Below are positions 1 to 6,070 of a stretch of 18,022 bases of DNA, piece after piece. The notes under the pieces were generated by a model. The model saw nothing but the letters and a program-made list of their open reading frames with translations. It was not told the DNA's origin and ran no database searches. Position numbers and translations under genes: made by a program. This DNA comes from an uncultured bacterium (lineage in GTDB: Bacteria; Hydrogenedentota; Hydrogenedentia; Hydrogenedentales; JAEUWI01). Numbering within the stretch: the stretch's first letter is position 1; every line of letters begins with the position of its first letter. The stretch covers positions 1-18,022 of the forward strand of contig CAXBPH010000134.1 in assembly GCA_963977445.1 (NCBI GenBank), written 5' to 3'.

Positions 1-213
1 GCGAATGGTCTTCGCCCCCCCCGCCACATAGCCGATGGCAACCGCCGTGGCCGCGCTGGCGATGCCGACCATATTGTGATGTTCCGCCAGCCAGAAGCGG
101 TGATAGCCCAGGCCCTCGGCATGCTGAGCCAGGGCCAGAGAATTTCGGAGCGCATCGGCGGGCGTGGCCCCCTCCGGCACGAATGCGAGATCTAGTAGGG
201 AAAGTCGCGTCAT
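1..213 (-). CDS. LLM class flavin-dependent oxidoreductase (luciferase family), 5' part, truncated by window edge
   Basis: Not in the ORF track. Manual translation from ATG at 213 gives [71 protein letters not shown], with the LS.LDL and [11 protein letters not shown] signatures of YhbW-like LLM proteins. An AAGAGG RBS lies just upstream. Confidence 0.93.
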   Translation of the reverse strand, partial: MTRLSLLDLAFVPEGATPADALRNSLALAQHAEGLGYHRFWLAEHHNMVGIASAATAVAIGYVAGGAKTIR

Positions 214-265
214 GGGTACTACCTCTTCACTTCCATTCGTTTGCGATGTGGATAGAGTGTACCTT

Positions 266-291
266 AGTTGACGGGCTTCCCGTCGACTTTT
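266..291 (+). terminator. Stem-loop followed by short T run (possible intrinsic terminator, + strand)
   Basis: agttgacggg-ctt-cccgtcgact (10-bp stem with one U.G pair) followed by ttt. Orientation is opposite to the flanking genes. Confidence 0.35.
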
Positions 292-302
292 CGCAAGCCC
301 CC

Positions 303-378
303 CGGGACTCAGACATTCCTGTCTGAGCGTCAACAAAGAACAACGCCTCGGGACTCAGACATTCCTGTCTGAGCGTCA
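303..378. repeat. Two identical 30-bp palindromic REP-like direct repeats
   Basis: cgggactcagacattcctgtctgagcgtca at 303-332 and 349-378, separated by 16 bp. Each contains the hairpin ctcagaca-ttcc-tgtctgag. Confidence 0.9.
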
Positions 379-407
379 CCGACGGAATCGCCGCAGCGAC
401 CAGCACG

Positions 408-1520
408 TCATTCCCCGGGCTGGTACACCCGCCGAACACGGTGGTTGTTGGTATCGCCAATATAGACCGTACCATCCGCGCCGACACATACGCCGTGGGG
501 CCGGTCGAGCTTGGCGGCCGTCGGCACCCCACCATCACCACCGAAGCCGCGCCCATCCGGACCGCTCCCGGCGATGGTGCTTATGACGCCCCGCTGGGTA
601 TCGATCTTTCGAATGACCTGATTCTCCGTATCCACGACATAGACATGGCCCTTCGGTCCGACCGCAATACCCTTGGGACCATCGAAGGTCGCTTCCCGCG
701 CCGCACCGCCGTCGCCGGTGAAGCCCTTCTTCCCCGTTCCCGCCACGTGGGCCAGCGTGCCCGTGTTGAGATCCATGGTCCACACGCTGTGTCCCTCGCG
801 CAGGGCAATCCAGAGCACATCCCCATCGATAAACAGGGCCCGAGGTCCCACCATGGGATTCCCTTCGGCCTGCTGTCCATCCTGGGGCATGGTCTTCTCC
901 CCCGTACCCGCGATGGTCTGGATCGTCCCCGTCACCAGGTCAACGCGCCGAATACGATGGTTGCCAATGTCGGCGATAAACAATCCACCCCGCCCATCCA
1001 GGGCAATACTGTGTGGCCGATGCAGCTGGGCCTCGATAGCTGGACCGCCGTCACCGCCGAAACCCTTCGCGCCCGTACCCGCCACGGTTGTGATGACTTG
1101 GGTTGACCCATCCACGCGGCGGACAACGTGATTCATCATTTCGACGAAATACAGGTTCCCCCCCTCATCGAAGCGTATCTCATAGGGCTCGTTAAGTTCC
1201 GCCTCCAGGGCCGGGCCTCCATCGCCGCTATAGCCCATGCGGCCCGTACCGACCACGGTGCTCAGTTTGCCCGTCCCGGTATCGTAGCGCCGAATACGAT
1301 GGTTCTCCACCTCACAAATGTAGAGTCCCCCGTCGGGTCCGAACGCCACCCCAAAGGGCTGACCGACATCACCGGGCGTCCCATCCCCCGCCGGCGAATC
1401 AATACGCCACGCATCGGTGACGTCCGCAGCAACCGCGTGCGCGGTACCAAGCGGTGCAACGCTAAGGCCTGAAAAGACCAGGCACAGGGCGAGCAACATT
1501 CTGTGTGTCCGTAAATGCAC
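408..1520 (-). CDS. Exported NHL-repeat beta-propeller protein
   Basis: Hydrophobic N-terminal signal-like segment ending AHA/VAA. About six NHL repeats of the form P.G[IV]A...G.LYIAD..NH.IRR[VI]D..TG.I.T[VI]AGTG..G..GDGG.A. GTG start with AGGA upstream; ATG at 1499 is an alternative. Confidence 0.9.
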   Translation of the reverse strand: MHLRTHRMLLALCLVFSGLSVAPLGTAHAVAADVTDAWRIDSPAGDGTPGDVGQPFGVAFGPDGGLYICEVENHRIRRYDTGTGKLSTVVGTGRMGYSGDGGPALEAELNEPYEIRFDEGGNLYFVEMMNHVVRRVDGSTQVITTVAGTGAKGFGGDGGPAIEAQLHRPHSIALDGRGGLFIADIGNHRIRRVDLVTGTIQTIAGTGEKTMPQDGQQAEGNPMVGPRALFIDGDVLWIALREGHSVWTMDLNTGTLAHVAGTGKKGFTGDGGAAREATFDGPKGIAVGPKGHVYVVDTENQVIRKIDTQRGVISTIAGSGPDGRGFGGDGGVPTAAKLDRPHGVCVGADGTVYIGDTNNHRVRRVYQPGE

Positions 1521-1645
1521 GATTCATTTTCCTAACCGTAAATTCCGATGTTTACGACCCGTCATACAACGTGACGCCGAAAGACACTACGTTAGGCGAC
1601 AAACGGGGCTCCGTTCAAGATTCGTCGCAGGGGACCACGCCCGGA

Positions 1646-2560
1646 TCACCCTTCCGAAACACGCCACTGGTTCCGGAAGGTCTCCGGCGTCTGCCCTTCC
1701 AGCCGGGCAAAGAACTTCACAAAGTTGGTGGACTCTGAAAAACCCAGTTCCTCCGCAATCACATAAACGGGCTCTTGCGAATACCCCAACATCCGCCGCG
1801 CTTCCTTCATGATGCGCCCGTCAATGAGCGCCTTGGGCGTGAGCCCCGTGGCCACCTGACAGGCGCGACACAGGGTCCGGTAGGAACAGCCCAGCGCCCC
1901 CGCATACCACTGGGCCCCGCGCATGGTCCGGAACTCCGACTCCACCAGGGCAAGAAAGCGGTAGTAGGCTGCATGCTCACCCGGGTCGCGATACCCAGCG
2001 TCCCCTGCGATGGCCGACTGATACCCGAAGGCGGCGATGGACAACGCGAGATAACGGGCCGCATCCGCCTGGTGCCACGCTCCCGACCCCGCCTGGAAAG
2101 CCCGCAGCAACACGAAAAGTTCTGAGAGTCGGCGTGCGTCATCTTGCTCCAACGTGACGGCGACAGGCCAGACATGTTCCGCCAACGCGGCGGAAGCACT
2201 CGCTCCAATGAAATCCCTTGGGAGCAACTCTTCCCGAAAGACCAGCAGTGTCGCTTCCCGACCCGTCAGTGTGCCGAAGCCGTGCACCTGATGGGGGCTC
2301 ACGTGTAGGAGCGTATTCGGCGGACACGGCACCGCCTCGAAATCGACCATATGGGCACCCTGGCCCTTTTCGTAAAAGAGCAGTACGTGAAAATCCGGAC
2401 GCTGGGGCACCGCGAGTTCCTCATCCGACTTACGCGCGCGCAAGGATGCCAGGGCCAATAACTCGAAACCACCCTGAACCCCGGCCTTCCAGGAGAGCTT
2501 GGTGACACCCTCTCCCGGCAACTTCTTCGCCGAATCGCCTATTTGTCCAAAATCTACCAT
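1646..2560 (-). CDS. AraC family transcriptional regulator
   Basis: N-terminal cupin-like domain (PQRPDFHVLLFYEKGQGAHMVDF...SPHQVH) and C-terminal double HTH (YAGALGCSYRTL...IAEELGFSESTNFVKFF...GQTPETFR). Start is uncertain (TTG 2563, ATG 2560 or later). Confidence 0.93.
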   Translation of the reverse strand: MVDFGQIGDSAKKLPGEGVTKLSWKAGVQGGFELLALASLRARKSDEELAVPQRPDFHVLLFYEKGQGAHMVDFEAVPCPPNTLLHVSPHQVHGFGTLTGREATLLVFREELLPRDFIGASASAALAEHVWPVAVTLEQDDARRLSELFVLLRAFQAGSGAWHQADAARYLALSIAAFGYQSAIAGDAGYRDPGEHAAYYRFLALVESEFRTMRGAQWYAGALGCSYRTLCRACQVATGLTPKALIDGRIMKEARRMLGYSQEPVYVIAEELGFSESTNFVKFFARLEGQTPETFRNQWRVSEG

Positions 2561-2579
2561 CAATTGACCCTGATTAACC
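2543..2579 (+). promoter_or_regulatory. Putative AraC-type tandem binding sites upstream of the sulfatase
   Basis: ttgtccaaaatctacc (2543-2558) and ttgaccctgattaacc (2564-2579) share TTGnCCnnnATnnACC with a 21-bp period, followed by an AT-rich stretch. Confidence 0.5.
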
Positions 2580-2675
2580 GTTACAAGCGCAACTTATGAC
2601 TATAAAATATCATATAGATTCGCTCTAAGAAAGCGAGTCACTGAAATCCTGTGAATTCAACTGAAAGGAACTGCC

Positions 2676-4034
2676 ATGAAAACGACCCTGTCCCTTCTCC
2701 TCATGCTCCTGCTCTCCATCGGCATCCACGCCGAAGAGACCACCGCCACCAAACTCTTGCGCGCGCGCTCGGCCGACCTGCAACCGACCATCACCCGGGT
2801 TTCCCCCTCGGTTTACACCGCCTCGGGCTACAGCCCCGCCAACATCTCCATGATCGTCGGCAAGACCGGTGTTGTCATCGTCGATACGGGCATGTTTCCC
2901 GCCCATGCACAGACAGTGCTCGACGCGTTCCGAAAAATCACCGACCTGCCCGTGCGGGCCATTATCTTGACCCACGGCCACGGTGACCATGCCGGCGGCG
3001 TCTCCTTGTTCCTCAGCGCCAATGGCGACGGCGAACGTCCCCTGGTTTACGCCCGCGCCCCCTTCAATTCGGAAGGTGCCCACTTTGACCACGCCGGCGT
3101 CACCATCAATGGAAAACGGGGCGCGCGCCAGGGTGGATTCCTCTTGCCGCCCGAAAAACGCATCAACAACGGCATCGCACCCGCCGCCTACCCCCCGAAA
3201 GATGTAAACGCCTTCGCCAGTGCATTCACCGAGCCCGACGTGACCTTCACCGACGCGCGCACGACCATCAACGTGGCGGGCCTCACGTTGGACCTCGTGG
3301 CCGCTTCCGGCGAGACAGAAGACCAACTCTATGCCTGGTTCCCCGCCGAGAAGGTGGTCTTCACGGGCGATAACTTCTACCGCTCCTGGCCCAATCTCTA
3401 TGCCATCCGCGGCACCGGATATCGCGATGTCCAAGCCTGGATTAACAGCCTCGATCTGATGCTCAAAGAAGGCCCCCACCACGCCGTCCCCGGACACACC
3501 CTGCCCCTCGTCGGTCAGGAAGAAACCACGGAGACCCTGACGACCTACCGCGACGCCATTGCCTACGTCTTTCAGGCGACCATCGAAGGGATGAACCAGG
3601 GCATGACCCCCGACCAGTTGGTCGAAACCGTGAAGCTTCCGGCCAAGTGGGCGGAGAAAGATTACCTGCGCGAGTTCTACGGCAACGTAGCCTGGAGCGT
3701 GCGTGCAATTTACACCGGACACCTTGGCTGGTTCGACGGCAATCCCACCACGCTTCTACCACTCGCACCCAAGGAGGAAGCCGAGAAAATCGCTGCCCTC
3801 GCCGGTGGGGTAGATAAACTCGCGGACCAAGCCCAACGTGCCCTGGAGGCAGGCGACGCCCAGTGGTGTGCCGAACTCTCCGACCACCTCCTCGCCCTGA
3901 ACTACAACCCCGCAGAAACGCGCCTCCTGAAGGCCACGGCCCTCGAAGCCATCGCCGAAAACGTCGTCTCGGGTATCGGGCGCAACTACTACCTCACCGT
4001 CGCCCAGGAACTGCGCCGCCCGGTGGCCGAATAA
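2676..4034 (+). CDS. Secreted alkyl/aryl-sulfatase (SdsA1/BDS1-like MBL-fold hydrolase with dimerization domain)
   Basis: Signal peptide MKTTLSLLLMLLLSIGIHA. Motifs THGHGDH (HxHxDH), GETEDQ, GDNFY..PNLYAIRGT..RD, PGH, and the dimerization motif FYG.VAWSVRAIY...LGWFDGNP. AAAGGA RBS. Confidence 0.9.
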   Translation: MKTTLSLLLMLLLSIGIHAEETTATKLLRARSADLQPTITRVSPSVYTASGYSPANISMIVGKTGVVIVDTGMFPAHAQTVLDAFRKITDLPVRAIILTHGHGDHAGGVSLFLSANGDGERPLVYARAPFNSEGAHFDHAGVTINGKRGARQGGFLLPPEKRINNGIAPAAYPPKDVNAFASAFTEPDVTFTDARTTINVAGLTLDLVAASGETEDQLYAWFPAEKVVFTGDNFYRSWPNLYAIRGTGYRDVQAWINSLDLMLKEGPHHAVPGHTLPLVGQEETTETLTTYRDAIAYVFQATIEGMNQGMTPDQLVETVKLPAKWAEKDYLREFYGNVAWSVRAIYTGHLGWFDGNPTTLLPLAPKEEAEKIAALAGGVDKLADQAQRALEAGDAQWCAELSDHLLALNYNPAETRLLKATALEAIAENVVSGIGRNYYLTVAQELRRPVAE

Positions 4035-4086
4035 TCCGCCACCACCGGCACATCAAATCCAAAAAAATAAAAAGGAGGACGCTCCC

Positions 4087-4950
4087 ATGAAAAACATCGC
4101 TATCATTGGGGCCACCGGTCTCATCGGTGAGCCCATCGCAGAAGCAACGCTCAAACTCGGCCACCGGTGCCGGGTGGTCACCCGGGGCCGGACCGACCAC
4201 AACGCCCAGACCCTCGACCATTTACAGCAACTGGGCGCAGAAGTCCATTGCGGCGCGCCCGACGATGTGGCCTGGATGACCGAGGTGCTCACGGATTGCG
4301 ACGCCGTCATCTGCGCCATGGGAGAAGAGGCCATCTACGGCCAAGTAGAATACGCCATTCTAGAGGCAGCGCTGGCCGCCGGGGTGAATCGGTTCGTGCC
4401 CAACGAATTCGGACTCGACACCCTGCGCCTGCCCGTAGGCACCGGTGCCCTCTTCGACGAAAAAAAGAAGTTTCAAGCCGCCCTCCAGGAGCGTGGCATG
4501 CCCTTCACCATACTGTTCAATGGGGGTATCTTCGATATCTTCCTTCCCAACCTTAATTTCTACGAGGCCATCACAACCTTTGGCAACAACCTGGATGTGC
4601 CGTTCTTTACCCATTCTCGATCAGACCTCGCCATGATCACCCTAAAAGCCGCCCTCGATCCCCGCTGCGAAAACCAGTACATACACCTGACCGAAAACCG
4701 TTTCACCCAACGAAAGGTGCTGGCCATCCTGGCGCGAAATTATCCCGACCTGACCTTTCCAAAAGAGCATATGCCCGAAGATGAAATCTGTGACGGGACC
4801 CATGACGTAAAGAAAGCCGTATGGATCGACGGCCACGCGGGCCAGGTCGATGACCGATGCCTGCGCGCTTCCGATCTCTTCCCGGAACATCCCCTCGAAA
4901 CGGTTGAGCAGGCTCTGGGCAACCCCACATTCGTTCTTGGGCACCCGTGA
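4087..4950 (+). CDS. NmrA / isoflavone reductase-like NAD(P)-binding oxidoreductase (atypical SDR)
   Basis: IAIIGATGLIG Rossmann motif, VVTR, AGVNRFVPNEFG and a conserved Lys region (FDEKKK). Strong AAAGGAGG RBS. Confidence 0.88.
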   Translation: MKNIAIIGATGLIGEPIAEATLKLGHRCRVVTRGRTDHNAQTLDHLQQLGAEVHCGAPDDVAWMTEVLTDCDAVICAMGEEAIYGQVEYAILEAALAAGVNRFVPNEFGLDTLRLPVGTGALFDEKKKFQAALQERGMPFTILFNGGIFDIFLPNLNFYEAITTFGNNLDVPFFTHSRSDLAMITLKAALDPRCENQYIHLTENRFTQRKVLAILARNYPDLTFPKEHMPEDEICDGTHDVKKAVWIDGHAGQVDDRCLRASDLFPEHPLETVEQALGNPTFVLGHP

Positions 4951-5401
4951 CCAGTGCCAATCGCCGCGCCCCGGATGGCGGGCCATCCACGCCCCAAAAG
5001 ATGCAACGCGGGCACCTATACAGTAAAGGTAGTCGATGGTGAAGCCACGTTCGGGCATTCGCACCTTGACCGCCGTCCATCGGCCGCAGGCAATGCGTTG
5101 GCAGACTCCACGGGCAGGCATACCGGTTACCCTGTCCAGACACTGTCAAACACCCTGTGGCCCGTGAACAGGCCCAAGGCAAACCAACGATTACTCAAAA
5201 TAGTCCGGCGCCGGACAACCCACTCGGGCCCCAAATCCATCCATCGGTCCACGGCGGTCGCTTCGCCCCTTTCCCCGATTCCGAAGCGCTACCTTGGAAC
5301 ATTCTTACCCCAACCGCCACAGCATGTTATGGGCCCTCGGACTGAGCATGGAGTATGCGGAGCCGAGACCAGCTGGGCCACCACACACGTACTCCGCTGC
5401 A

Positions 5402-5482
5402 TCTCACCAACATGGGGCATGCCAGCCCCCCTCCTCGTTCCCAAGCTCCGCTTGGGAATGCAGTCCCCGAAGTTCTGCTTCG
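5402..5482. repeat. REP/REPIN-like composite repeat, copy 1
   Basis: 16-mer tctcaccaacatgggg (5402-5417), hairpin ttcccaag-ctccg-cttgggaa within ctcgttcccaagctccgcttgggaatg (5434-5460), and a second hairpin cgaag-ttctg-cttcg (5468-5482). Confidence 0.75.
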
Positions 5483-5603
5483 CAATAGCCCGCCGACCTA
5501 TCCGCTGGCGTGGCGTACCTACCGCCAACAACGGGACAGGCCCGCCCGTTGACATCGCAGTCGCTCAGTTCCGGGGACACTTCAACATAGGCTCCCTGCC
5601 GCT

Positions 5604-5671
5604 TCTCACCAACATGGGGGCCTACCCGTCCTCCTTTAATTCCTAGTTTTCAAGCTCCGCCTGGGAACGAG
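5604..5671. repeat. REP-like composite repeat, degenerate copy 2
   Basis: Identical 16-mer tctcaccaacatgggg (5604-5619) followed by ctagttttcaagctccgcctgggaacg (5643-5669), 22/27 identical to 5434-5460 and in the same orientation. Confidence 0.7.
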
Positions 5672-5983
5672 TTATAGCTATTCAGTTTGGCAAAGCGTAT
5701 AGTGTAGATGGCTTGACCAAGCAACAGTTTGTCCAGCACGCTACCGTGTTGTCCTTCCTCACCCCACTATGCGACCAGACACCCTATTCACATCTCCTGT
5801 GTCCGGCCGTCGCAATTAAACACCGTTCCCATTTTTTCCTCGGCATGGCTTCTAGTTAGCCCCCTCCCAGGATCGCATAGGTAACCTGGATTACGAGGTG
5901 GAAACGGGACAAACAATACACGACTGCTGTGGTTTACCTGTCCAATGCGTAGACAGGATGGCTCCCAAGGGCGGCATGTTACC

Positions 5984-6020
5984 TTGGCACCACTTCGGCC
6001 TGATTGGCGTTTTCATTGCC
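5984..6020 (+). promoter_or_regulatory. Candidate sigma-54 (-24/-12) promoter(s) for the GT4-fusion/GH130 operon
   Basis: TTGGCGTTTTCATTGC (6004-6019) has GG-N10-GC with a TTGC -12 box. TTGGCACCACTTCGGC (5984-5999) is a second GG-N10-GC with a perfect TGGCAC -24 box. Confidence 0.45.
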
Positions 6021-6070
6021 ACGACTCGGGTCGGGACCCGACCACCGGTCTGTAACACGCTGACGAAGCG

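Noticed and set aside
303..378. Mini CRISPR array
   Set aside because: Only two repeats, a 16-bp spacer that is too short, no leader and no cas genes; a REP-type doublet fits better.
408..1520. DNA-level repeats such as ccgccgtc(a/g)ccg within the NHL gene
   Set aside because: Explained by the protein's repeated GDGG/NHL motifs, not an independent element.
1521..1645. Riboswitch in the NHL gene leader
   Set aside because: Only short imperfect stems and no aptamer consensus that I can recognise.
2625..3722. 365-aa minus-strand ORF
   Set aside because: Antisense shadow of the sulfatase, expected from GC-biased codon usage; no motifs.
4954..5646. 230-aa ORF in the long intergenic gap
   Set aside because: No recognisable motif or RBS, P/R/T-rich composition typical of non-coding GC-rich frames, and it reads through the REP-like palindrome (LLVPKLRLGM). 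Not fully excluded without expression data.
303..5671. Mobile island bounded by the two repeat clusters
   Set aside because: The flanking repeats are unrelated in sequence, and there is no integrase, transposase, tRNA or target-site duplication.
5875..5890. Second PadR operator upstream of the GT4 fusion (gCATAG-gtaac-CTgga)
   Set aside because: Only one half-site matches; compatible with chance.
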